Assembly (NCBI RefSeq): GCF_006345805.1
Contig: NC_043009.1
Span: 43,648,001 to 43,712,000 of the forward strand
Source of the DNA: Octopus sinensis
Lineage: Eukaryota
Reading direction: 5' to 3'
DNA: 64,000 nt
Shown: positions 26,989 to 39,407 of the stretch, piece by piece
How the letters are laid out: every line of letters starts with the position of its first letter
Numbering within the stretch: the first letter of the stretch is position 1
The notes under the pieces: generated by a model
The model's database searches: none
Seen by the model: the letters and a program-made list of their open reading frames with translations, nothing else
What the model was told of the DNA's origin: nothing
Position numbers and translations under genes: made by a program

Positions 26989-27152
26989 AGTACATTAACA
27001 ATTGAAGTGCTTATTAAAAGCAATTAACCTGCTCTTCCCCACCACCTCCACCACTACCACCAACACTACCCCCCTCCACCACTTTATCATTTACTTCCTC
27101 CAGCCAAGAAGAAGTAGAAAGAAAGAAATAAGGCACAAAACAAAAGCTTTTA

Positions 27153-27199
<47 letters not shown>

Positions 27200-27556
27200 T
27201 AAGTGGAGCAATGTCAGAATTGAACCTGAGAACCTGTTGTTATTTGGTACTTGACATAATTTTGTTCCTCCCTTCCACCACCACCACCACCACCACAGTT
27301 CCCCTTGTTACTCTCAGTAGCACCTAAGGCCATTTTGGCTTCTGTTTGTCTCTTTGTCTGTCTGTGTGTCTGTCTGTCTCTTTCTTTAGTGCAGATTCAT
27401 GGCAGGGCTCTCTTTGGTAATGTCGCAGACGCAGACGGAACCAAAGGACTTATTAACTTAACATTTCTGTCTCTGCTTTCATTCTTTCTCGTTTATTAAT
27501 GCTTTTACATACATCGCACCATACATCATTTGTCCCCTTCTCTGCACCCCCTCCAT

Positions 27557-27594
<38 letters not shown>

Positions 27595-28179
27595 CACCAC
27601 GACCATCATCATCATTATCACCTCTTCCTCACCAATACACACACACACACACACACAATCTATCTGTGTGTCTTTCTGTCAGTATGGTTCTCTGTCTGTC
27701 TGTATGTCTCTCTCTCTCCCTCACACACACACACACACACAGAGTCTCTGTGTGTTAGTCTTTCTGTCATTGTCTGTTCCTCTGTCTCTCTCTCTCTCTC
27801 TCACACATGGTTTCTGTTAGTCTGTCTGTCTCTGTCTCTCTCTCTCTCTTTCTCTCTCTCGCTCTCCCTGTCTCTTGTTAGCTCTTGGTGCTCAAAAGAA
27901 AGAAAACAAACAAAACCCAAAAAAAGACAATGGTGATGCTAAGAAGAATTTCTATTAAAATACTAAAGAGAAAAACAAACAAAAAAAAAGAAAAAGAAAA
28001 ATGAAACAGACAAACAGTAACAACAACAACAACAAAGCCCATCAAAGATGTAGATATCTTTGTCATCATCATCACTTATTCAACCTCCTCCACTTCACCA
28101 AGCCTCATACTAACAGCTTTATGAACAACAACAACAGTAACAAACAATAATAATAATGATGATAATAATAATAATATTT

Positions 28180-28357
28180 TTTGCCACAAGGGCAGCTTGG
28201 AGGATGTGGGGATCAGTCGAACACATTGACCCCAGTGTTCAACTGGTACTTATTTTATCAACCTCGAAAGGATGAAAGACAAAGTCGACCTTGGCAGAAT
28301 TTGAACTCAGAACGTAGCGACGGGCAAAATACCGCTAAGCTTTTCACCCAGCATGCA

Positions 28358-28392
<35 letters not shown>

Positions 28393-28815
28393 GTCTACGA
28401 AAGGCACATGCCTGAAATTTTGGGGGATGGGACTAGTTGATTACTTTGACCCCAGTGTTTCACTGGTACTTAATTTATTGACCCCAAAAAGGGTGAAAGG
28501 TAAAGTCGACTTCAGTGGAATAATAATAATAATAATGATGATGATGATGGTGATAATAATAATTTCAAATTGTAACCCAAGGCCAGCAATTTTGGGGGAA
28601 AGGGTCAGTTGATTACTCTGATCCCAGTGCTTAAAGGACGAAAGTCGAAGTGGACCCTGGTAGAATTTGACCCTAGAGCATAAAGCTGGAGTGATAATAA
28701 TGATAGTCCTAAAGGCACAAGGCCTGAAATTTTGAGTCAATTTAGTGTTTCACTGGTACTTCATTTATTGACCCTGAAAGGATGAAAGGCAAAGTCGACC
28801 TCTATGGAATTTGAA
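28180..28815 (-). mobile_element. chain of four SINE-B copies/fragments separated by (AAT)n
   Basis: Units at about 28180-28355, 28393-28520, 28563-28690 and 28706-28815, all the same orientation. Confidence 0.85.
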
Positions 28816-28851
28816 TAATAATAATGATAATAATAATAATAATAATAATAA

Positions 28852-28852
<1 letters not shown>

Positions 28853-28882
<30 letters not shown>

Positions 28883-28928
28883 AAGAAAGAGAAGAAAGAG
28901 AAGAAGGAGAAGAAGAAAAAGAAGAAAT
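28853..28928 (+). repeat. pure polypurine (GAA)n tract
   Basis: AAGAAGAAG...AAAAAGAAGAAA, no pyrimidines. Confidence 0.95.
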
Positions 28929-29012
28929 TTCTTGTCTATTTACTAAAGTGGTCAGGATATATGACAAAGTGGTACTAGAAACTACAAATACACACCACAC
29001 ACACACAAACAC

Positions 29013-29053
<41 letters not shown>

Positions 29054-29341
29054 TGTGAGTGTGTATATATTCATATATACATATATATAAATATGAGGAG
29101 ATGCATGTGTGTGTGTGTGTGTGTGTGAGATGGGGAGAGAGAGAGAGAGAAAAGGAGATAGTGACAGTGGGTGCTACGTAAGAATAATGGTTTATTGACC
29201 AAGAGAAAAGAGAATTGCTTTGGTTCCCAAAGAGAACTCCATCTGGTTTTGTTGTTGTTGTGGTAATAATAATTGTTGCATTTTTGTTTTTTGTTTAGGA
29301 GGGGGTGCCTGATTATACGATTATTATCGACATCATCATCC

Positions 29342-29423
29342 TAATTATTATTATTATTATTATTATTATCATCATCATTACTATTTTTATTATTATTATT
29401 ATTATTATTATCATTATCATTAC

Positions 29424-29462
<39 letters not shown>

Positions 29463-29513
29463 CATCATTACTATTTTTATTATTATTATCATTATTATTA
29501 TCATTATCATTAC

Positions 29514-29552
<39 letters not shown>

Positions 29553-29645
29553 CATCATTACTATTTTTATTATTATTATTATTATTATTATCATTATCAT
29601 TACTATTATTATTATTATTATTATTATTATTATCATCATTACTAT

Positions 29646-29677
<32 letters not shown>

Positions 29678-29703
29678 CTATTATTATTATTATTATTATT
29701 ATT
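29342..29703. repeat. higher-order (ATT)n minisatellite, about 81-84 bp period, about 4 units
   Basis: Recurring interruptions ATCATCATTACTATTTTT and ATCATTATCATTACT at regular spacing; triplet phase preserved. Confidence 0.85.
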
Positions 29704-30883
29704 GTTGTTCTTGTTGCAGAACTTATTTGCTATTTGTATTAATTTTGTATTCCACACACACACATACATTGACACACACGTGCATGTGTGCGTGTTTGTG
29801 TAGAAGGCAGTAATGACCTATTAAGAGTAATTAAGTGATTTGGACTGAGTTAAGATTTCTGATAATGTGATTTAATGTTTGCAGATGATGACCTCTCTCA
29901 CGACGATTTCAACGATGATGATGACGATGACGATGATGACGACGATGCTGATGGTGATGATGATGTCAATGATGAGAATGACATTGATAATGTTAATGAC
30001 TGTGACACTGAAATGTGGTGGCGATGATGATGATAATGATGATGGTGGAGGTGGTGGTAATATGATGATGACAGCAATAATGCTGATGATGGTAATGATG
30101 ATGATGATGATGATGACAACAAGGATAATAAAGATGATGATAGTGAGCATGATGATGATAATGACGATGATGACAATAATGATGATGACGCTTATGAGGA
30201 TAATAATGGTGACAATGGCAATCATGTTCTTGATGATGATGATGATGATGAAGATGATGATGATCCTTCTAATGAAAATTACTAGTGTGATGATGATCAC
30301 AATGCCTAAGGTAATAATTTCTTACATTGGTCACCAATTTGTATAGGAGGGGAAGTGATACAGACAATTAAATATAATGCACACACACACACATACACAC
30401 ACACAGAGCTAATACAGAGTGTAATGTTGTTATTAACCCTTACACACATTAAGGTGCTATTTTGATTATTAATTGATGTCATAATCATAATTAACATCCC
30501 ATCCCATCAACTCATCTTAACACCCTTTTGCTTAGCATATTGTTTAATTAATGTCTCTCGTTATTTTTTAAACTTGTTGTCATTGTTGCTGTTTAACCCC
30601 AGATATGCTCTGTCTTTGTGAGACTTATGATCAACATTCTTTAATCATAATCAGTTTGTCTTGTAACCCTTGTTTTATATGTTCCAACTGGCCAGGTCTG
30701 GCCTCTCACATCTACCTTACAATGTCATTCCAAAGCTACAAGATAATGCAGAATTAATTCAAAATGATGCAATAAATAAACATTACATTTGACACGTTAA
30801 TCTGAGAGCTAAAGGGGTAATCTTTCTCTCTCACTAAAAGGGTAATCTCTCTCTGTTTAGTCCATGCCACATCATGGAGTCAT

Positions 30884-31398
30884 ATGGCTTAGTGGTTAGG
30901 GTGTTGGACTCATGATTGTAAGATTGTGATTTCAATTCCTGGACCGGGTGATGTGCTGTGTTCTTGAGTAAAACACTTCATTTCATGTTGCTCCAATCGA
31001 CTCACTGACTAATCCTGTGATGGACTGGCATCCCATCCAGGTGAGGGAATATATACACCATGAAACCAGGAAATTGGCCCTATAGCCTCTGACCAACCAA
31101 AGCCTTGTGAGTGGATTTGGTAGAAGGAAACTGAAAGAAGCCCATCATACATATGTGTATACATATTTTTTTATGCACCCTTTCCAAGCCTATCCAGGCT
31201 CATGAGCCCGGTTTCCCGCTTTCTATGGCGTATGTGTTCCCCCCCAGCTGGACGGGATGCCAATCCATCGCAACGTTACTCAAGAAACAGGAAGAAAGAG
31301 TGAGAGAAATTTGGGGCGAAAGAGTACAACAAGGATCGCCACCACCCCCTGCTGGAGCCTCGTGGAGCTTTTAGGTGTTTTCACTCAATAAACACACT
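30884..31398. mobile_element. SINE cluster: C (+, about 30884-31078), A1 end (+, about 31085-31145), long C variant (-, about 31165-31398)
   Basis: Each segment matches other copies in this window. Confidence 0.8.
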
Positions 31399-32149
31399 CC
31401 AGAGGAAAATTAGGTTACTATTTCTACCATACCTAGCAACTACATGTAGTGTGTGAGTCGAGGGAAAGTAGACCGCTATTTCTAGCACATCTTTCAGCTA
31501 CATAGAGGCTCTTGTATTGGCAGTCGGTCATTCGCGTGGTGATGGTTGTCATCACTGTGGTGGAATCCTACGACAGCAACATGTATGTATGTATAAACAT
31601 ATATATTTATATACACACATACACATATATATTATATATGTAAATGTATGTAAAGAATGTACGTATATATTCTTTTATTGTTTCTGACATTCTGCAATCT
31701 TTGGTATGTATATGTATATTCTTTGTGTATATATATATATATATATATTGGTTGTATCCCTTTCCCTTTTCTTTAAGCCAGAACAATTCCATAAAAGAGA
31801 AAGGAAAATAGGAGAATAAATGGCTCATTTAGTTAGAACAGCAGTCAGCACACACCACCAGAACCACAACACCACACCGCCATGGAGGAGGCGATGGCGC
31901 TGGTGGTGGTGATGGTGGTGAGAATGAAATTAAAAAAAAAAAAATAACATCCCTGCCCTCTCTCACTCCACTCACACACATACACACAGATATACAGACA
32001 CACACAAATATGTGACAAGGCAAGCAGGGTTTTGAAGTACAAACAGCATTCTGGATGAGATGTTAGTCAGTCTTTAATTTCTGTTGTGTCTTTTTTTGGC
32101 ACAGGGCTGGTGGGAGCCCCCAAGGAACATATGTATGAGCATATGCATG

Positions 32150-32192
<43 letters not shown>

Positions 32193-32562
32193 GTGTGTGT
32201 GTGATGGGATGGTGGAGTAGAGGGTGGTGGAAATGCACTGTACAGCTGAGTGAGAAAACTGACTGGAATCTGTGGGTCACTGATAAAGCTCTCGGAGTTA
32301 TAAACTGTTTGATAAATTAAAAAAAATTATCCTTAATGCACCTTGTTATCATCATCATCAGCATCATCACCATCATCATCATTGTCGTCGTCATCATCAT
32401 TATCATCATCATCATCATCATTGTCGTCATCACCACCATCACTGTCATCAGCATTGTTACCGTCATCACCGCCACCCCCATTATCATTAGTCGCCCACCA
32501 TCACCACCGCTACCATCATTAGCATCATCATTGTTATCACCATCTTCATACTCATCACTACC

Positions 32563-32593
<31 letters not shown>

Positions 32594-33017
32594 TCATCAT
32601 GATTATTCTTGGCTGTTATTTGGTTATTTATTGGCAATTTAGCCGGGAGAAAAGTGACAGCAACAGTAGATAGCACCACCACCACCACCACAAACAACAA
32701 CAACAACATCAACCACAATCACAACAATAACAACAACAGCTTACAATAAGAACGGTTTAGAACCATAAACTACACTATAAAAAGGACACTAATGATAATG
32801 ACTTTGATGATGATGATAATGATGCCTGTGATGATGATGATGATAAAACACTATTAATAGCAAATCTAACAAGTACAACAACAATAACAACAGTTCCATT
32901 ATGAACACATCAATGCCCTATAAACCATACCAGCTGTTGTTTTATGCTATGTTAGGTATAAAAGACCCTCCCCTCTTAATTCCTACTTCAGCCCCCCCAT
33001 CCTTCTCTCTGTCTCCC

Positions 33018-33051
<34 letters not shown>

Positions 33052-33212
33052 CAATTGTCTTTCACTTTCTCAGTGTGTTCCTCTCTTTCATTGAGTTCTA
33101 ACTCTTTCCTGTTCTTCAGTCTCTTGTGAGATACAAAACAGAATTGTGCTTCCCCATTCTGCTGTGGCCCCAGCCCCAAATTCTTATTGCAAGACAGAGA
33201 AAGTGTGTATGT

Positions 33213-33248
<36 letters not shown>

Positions 33249-33294
33249 CAGTGAGTTATTTACCGAAGTTTTAGTAAGGCTACGTATACCAAAA

Positions 33295-34015
33295 TATAGC
33301 TTGCTTCCAAACCATATGGTTCCGGGTTCAGTCCCACTGCGTAACACCTTGGGCAAGTGTCTTCTACTATAGCACTGGGCCGACCAAAGCCTTGTGAATG
33401 CATTTAGTAGATGGAAACTGAAAGAAGATTGCCGTATATATATAATGATAAATGTCGCCCTTTTCAAGCCTATCCAGGCTCATGGGCCCGGTTTCCTGGT
33501 TTCTGTGATGTGTGTTCCCCCCAGCTGGATGGGACACCAGTCCATCGCAGTGTTACTCAAGAAACAGGAAGAGAGAGTGAGAGAAAGATGTGGTGAAAGA
33601 GTACAACAGGGGTCACCACCCCGCCCCTGCTGGAGCCTCGTGAAGCTTTTAAGTGTTTTTGCTCAATAAACACACACAACGCCCAGTCTGGGGATCGAAA
33701 CTGCGATCCTCTGACTGTGAGTCCGCTGCCCTAACCACTGGGCCATTGCGCCTCCACACACACACACATATATATATATGTATGTGTGTGTGTATGTGTG
33801 TATAATTATGTGTATGAGTCTCTGTGTCTGTGTTTGTCCCCCCATCACCACTCTACATCCTCATAGCTTAGCGGTTCGGCAAAAGAGAGACCCAAAAAAT
33901 AAGTACTAGGTTTTAAAAAGAATAAGTCCTGGGGGTTGATATGTTTCCCTAAAACTCTTCAAGGCAGTGCTCCAGCATGGCCACAGTCAAATGACTGAAA
34001 CAAGTAAGAGTATAA
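33295..34015 (+). mobile_element. SINE family A split by a minus-strand long SINE-C variant (about 33455-33756)
   Basis: A1 at 33295-33437 and A2 at about 33820-34015 flank the inserted C copy, which sits in the internal microsatellite. Confidence 0.85.
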
Positions 34016-34312
34016 AAGAATGAATTCAAAACAGTATTAAGTAAATACCAGTGATATCTTGGGGGTAGTTCCAAATGACTCGTACTTAAGCTGCATTTGT
34101 AACATGATGTAGTGTGATCAATCAGTTGATAATACATGATTTATGACTAAGCATCACTCAAATGAACACCTGCTAATTGTAAGCACCTGTGTGTTGTATG
34201 CATGTATGTATGTGTAGTTCTAAGTTTGAATATGAGCATGTGTGTGTTTGCGAGTGGGAGAGAGAGAGAGAAAGAGAGAGAGAGAGTGTGTGTGAACTCC
34301 TATGCATACTTA

Positions 34313-34351
<39 letters not shown>

Positions 34352-34506
34352 GTATGCAAACTATATACACACATAGCTATGTGTGTATATTGACATGGGT
34401 TTTATATATTTCATATACACATGCACACACATATATATACTTATGCACATATACACACATATATATATACATACATACATATATATATATATACTTATGC
34501 ACATAT

Positions 34507-34547
<41 letters not shown>

Positions 34548-35222
34548 CACACACATATACATGCTCATCTGTATTCATAAGAGTGCATGAACACACACAC
34601 ACACACACACACACACACCCACACACAAATGTTTGTATGAGGAAATGTCTGTATAAGTTTCATAACTTTTATCTTTTTTTTTTGAATGAAAACAAAGCTA
34701 ACAAACAAATACCAAAAAATAAACAGGCCAATATTTAAATTCACAAGATGAAAAAGTCCATATATATACACACATACACACACACATGTCTATATTTGTG
34801 TGTGCATGTGTATATGTGTACGTGTGTGTATAAGAACAATATCAAAAGTCAACATCATGCGTTTTAATTAATTTCGTTTAATGATAAAAGAGACAACACC
34901 AGTTTTTGATAATTGGTAGGTGTCAATTATGGAACCAATCAAGAGAGTTTATTGTCAGTTATTTATTTGCCCAGCAAAAACATACGTCTAATTAACAATA
35001 AGAATAGACATATAAGCCCATATATATATATATATATATATATATAATGTATGTATATGTATGTATGTATGTGTGTGTGTGATGTGTATAACAAGGATAA
35101 GCTATTATTTCTGAAAACATTGATTATCAATAGGAAGTGAATTTTAAAAAAGAATAAATTGGTTTTATACAAACAAATGTATATAAATATATACAATAGG
35201 CGAATATTTTATTTATTGTTGG

Positions 35223-35395
35223 TAGAGGTGTGGTTGTGTGGTAGAAAAGTTTACTCCCCGAGTCTGCGGTTTTGAGTTCGTTCTCACTACATGGCACCTC
35301 GGGTGAGTAGCTTCTACTATATATAGCCTTGGGGCCGACCAAAGATCTGAGAGGAAAGTGGGTTGATGGAAACTGAAAGAAGCCTATTGTATATA
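35223..35395 (+). mobile_element. SINE family A, A1 module
   Basis: GGTGTGGTTGTGTGGTAG...GCCTTGGGGCCGACCAAAG...GATGGAAACTGAAAGAAGCC. Confidence 0.75.
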
Positions 35396-35505
35396 TGTAT
35401 GTGTGTGAGCTGAAGTTTAGTTAGAAATGAACTGATGCAGCAGAATAGAAATATTTACCAATTATTTAAAATAAAAAACTTTAATATTATTATTATTATT
35501 ATTAT

Positions 35506-35722
35506 TCGGTGGCGAGTTGGCAGAATCATTAGCACACCGAGCAAAATGCTTAACTGCATTTCATCGGTCTTTACGATCTGAGTTCAAATTCCACCAAGGT
35601 CAACTTTGCCTTTTATCCCTTTCGGGGTCAATAAAGTAAGTACCAGTTGAGTACTGGGGGTTGATGCAATCGACTTATCTCTTCCCCTAAATTGCTGGCC
35701 TTGTACCAAAAGTTAAAATCAT
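35506..35722 (+). mobile_element. SINE family B, full length
   Basis: GGTGGCGAGTTGGCAGAATCATTAGCAC...TCTGAGTTCAAATTCC...TTGCCTTTTATCCCTTTCGGGGTCAATAAA; (ATT)n immediately upstream. Confidence 0.9.
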
Positions 35723-36069
35723 TACTATTAGTAGTGGTAGTAGTAGTAGTAGTAGTAGTAGTAGTAATAGCAGCAGCAGCAGTTGTAGTAGTCGTAGTTC
35801 TTCCACTCCACTTATATTCAGCACTAGGTTTAGTGTTACACCAGTATTTAACTAAAACACACACACCACACACACATACATCCTACTACATCCCATAATG
35901 CATTCGACTATTCCCTTATCTTCTTGTAAAATTACCCCAGCAGAAGAAAGTATGAGAGAAACGGAGCTGATAAAAGACGATGAGTAATTCTCATATGTAT
36001 AATTAACATATTATTATTATATTATTATTATTAGTGGTGGTGGTGGTGGGTGATGGGTAGAAACTGCAC

Positions 36070-36408
36070 TGTTCTGCTAAATCATTTGCAGTATTTAGTT
36101 GTGCTCCCTTCACTTTTCAGAATCTGAAATTCAACTGTGGGTTGACTTTACCTCCCGTCCTGACAGTGTCAATAAACTGTACGAGTACAAGGCCAGCAGC
36201 ACTGCTGGCTGGGGCTGCCCTTAATCGGCTACATTTTGAACCCTCTTAAAATTTGCGACTTAATGCCTATGTTTGAGATTATTATTATTATTATTAAGGT
36301 CGACTATTCCTTTCATCCATCATAAGTACCAGTTGCACACTGGTTAGTCAACATAATCAACTATTCCCCTCCAATCAAATTTCAGGCCCTGTGCCTATAG
36401 TAGAAAGG

Positions 36409-36412
<4 letters not shown>
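36070..36412 (+). mobile_element. two SINE-B fragments between (ATT)n runs
   Basis: Decayed copy at about 36070-36265 and a 3' half at about 36295-36412 ending GTGCCTATAGTAGAAAGGG. Confidence 0.7.
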
Positions 36413-36443
<31 letters not shown>

Positions 36444-36848
36444 CATTATTATTATTACTATTATTATTGAGTGACAGAGCAAAAAATACCAGCAAAGTGA
36501 TGCTGTGGTACAGATATACAAAGTCCAACACACCCATCATGAATGACTACTCATCTGATAAGGGCACACTAGGAAAACGTGTCACAAGCATATATGCATG
36601 AAATGGTGACCCTCATGTCAAGATAAACAGCACACAACCAGATGGAGCCCAGTTAGAACTTTCTTCAGACTCAGTATCCCATCTTGCTCAAAAGGTCCCT
36701 GAATAAAGGTTGTTTAAGGATGGTGAACAAAACTCCATGTTTCGAGGAATGAATTATTCAATTGTTATTATTGAAGATTATACATTGTTAAAATTGTCCT
36801 TTTTTTTCATTATGTGAAACCTATTTACATGCAAAACCCTCACAACAA

Positions 36849-36898
<50 letters not shown>

Positions 36899-36951
36899 TA
36901 CACACATGCTTTGTTTGTTTTGTCTTGTACCAACCAATATGTTTTCCTTAA

Positions 36952-37170
36952 CCCTTTCGTTACTGTATTTATTTTGAGATGCTCTGTATTTCTTTCAATT
37001 ACTTTAAATATAACAAAGAATTTAGTAAAATAACTTAATTAGCATTCAGCTAGTGTTAGGAACATAAATTGTGCCAAAGGTTGGTGGAAGATTTTAATTC
37101 AGAACTTTTGAAAACAAGACATTTGTACTCAGAGACAGAGCCGGTTTCAGCCGGGTTGGTATTGAAAGGG
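36952..37170. mobile_element. 219-bp piggyBac-type MITE
   Basis: TTAA (36948-36951) + CCCTTTCGTTAC ... GTATTGAAAGGG + TTAA (37171-37174): TTAA target duplication, CCC/GGG termini, 10/12 TIR match. Confidence 0.8.
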
Positions 37171-37242
37171 TTAATGTAAATCCTTTGTGGTCAATAAAGA
37201 ATTCATCATCATCATCATTATTATTATTATTATTACTATTAC

Positions 37243-37320
<78 letters not shown>

Positions 37321-37331
37321 CATTATTACTA

Positions 37332-37525
37332 AGGCAGTGAGGTGGCAAAATTGTTAGCATGCTAGATGAAATGCATAGTGGTATTTCGCCTGTTGCTTTG
37401 TTCTGAGTTCAAATTCTGCCAAGGTCGACTTTGCCTTTCATTCTTTTGGGGTCAATAGATTAGATATCAGTGACACTCTGGGGCTGATGTAATTGTCTCA
37501 TCCCCTCCCCCAAATGGCTGCCCTT
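37332..37525 (+). mobile_element. SINE family B embedded in (ATT)n
   Basis: GGCAGTGAGGTGGCAAAATTGTTAGCATG...GTTCTGAGTTCAAATTCTGCCAAGGTCGACTTTGCCTTTCATTC; (ATT)n on both sides. Confidence 0.9.
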
Positions 37526-39407
37526 GTGGCAAAATTTGAAACCCTTATTATTATTATTTTCATTATTATTATTACTATTGTGGGAAATAGAAGATGGCAT
37601 GGTCACTGTTTCAACATAGGTTTGCCCTATCAGGGTTGATTTGGAAACAAACAACGATAACAACCAAAGCAGGAAGGAAGACAGCTATAACATCATCAAC
37701 AACTACAAAATTCTAGCAAACTAGATGAATAAATGACAGAGCTGTATTTTTTTATTATTTGATATCTGTTTGTTCTTCCAAATTAGCACCTCTAATTGCC
37801 ATCTTGTAGTTTCTTTTTCCTTCTTCTTGAGTCTGTTACATCGTTGAAGTTGGAACTGGATCTTCCAAATAGCAGCAGCAGTAGTCTTCTCTACAAGAAC
37901 AAGTATCAGTGTCTGCTAGAATTTTGGTAAGATGCTTATGTACTAGTGTCGCCGTTTCCACAGACAACAGGCAGCAGAAGATTGCAAGAAGAAGCGGTGG
38001 GTGTGTGTGTGTGGAGAGAGAAATGAAACCTACCACCACAACAAAAACAGGCATACAAACAAACAAACACACAAAACTAAGAAGAAAATAAAGAATTATA
38101 TATACTACAGTTCCAATGGCAGCAATAGCAGAGGTTACCGAAATGGGGAGGTGGTGATGGTGGAAGGGAGTGAGGTGTAGGATGGTGGTGATGGTGGTGG
38201 GGTTGTGCGAAACTATTTTGCATAGAGAACATCACACATGCATGCCTTCTTATATACTCCCCCACCCCTACCACACATACCCACACCCACCCAACCACAC
38301 CCTCTCACCGCACCAAACCAACCATCCACCCTGCCAGCTAACCCAGCTACCGAGCTACCCCTGCCAGCCACCCCTAAACACTCTGCAGAAGTGCCAAAAG
38401 CTTTCTGGAACTGGTAAGCAAAGCAGCTTTGTCGTTGATGGCGGCGGTGGTGGTGGTGATGGTGGGGTGGATAAAAGTCTGAGAAAATAGCAGAGGAAGA
38501 GGTCATTTTGGTGCAGATATGAATAAGGTGGAGCCAGGAACAATGAGGAGGAGAGAAAGAAAAAGAGAGAGAGGAGAGATGAAGGGAAGAGGGTGGTGGT
38601 GGTGGGAAAGAGACTAGCACAAGGTCTCTACTTTCTTCCCCTTCTATTTCTTTTTTTTCTTCTTTTCTTTGCTGTATATGCATGCATGTCTGTATATATC
38701 TATATCTATACACACTCACATACAAACATACATACACAATTCTTATGCATGTATGTATGTATGTATTTATGTATGTATGTATGTATATATATATATATAT
38801 ATATACATATAAATATATGTGTACATATGTATGTATGTATATATATATATTTATATAAATATATGTGCATGTATGTATTTATGTATATATATAAATATAT
38901 GTGTATGTATGTATGTATGTATGTATGTATATATATATATATATATTATATATATAAATAAATATATATATAAATATATGTGTATGAATGCATACATGTA
39001 TGTATGTCTAGCGACATAATCATTTCATATATATGGTTTTTCTCTATTTTGTAATATTAAAGCATAAAGTTTAACTCTGTTATTTCTTTCTGACACACAC
39101 ACACACACACGTATATGTAAGAAGGTGTCAAAGGATATATAAATAATAGGTAGATACAATGAGTGCCGAGATCAAACAAAGTACCCAGGAGTCTCTCGTT
39201 AAGAACAGGGATGCAGGATTTGCATGAATAATACTTGGCCATTGGCAATGTCGTGGTTGAGACGGTATGCATACAATAGGACAATGCGACTGTCTGTTCA
39301 GATTTCATTCTATTATACCTACACACACACACACACACACACAGAGACACATAACCACACACAAACCTTTGCTACACTGGAGTTTTTGCCTGTGCATTTC
39401 TTCTCAG

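Noticed and set aside
39218-39225. Octamer motif ATTTGCAT
   Set aside because: A single 8-mer is expected several times by chance in 64 kb of AT-rich DNA.
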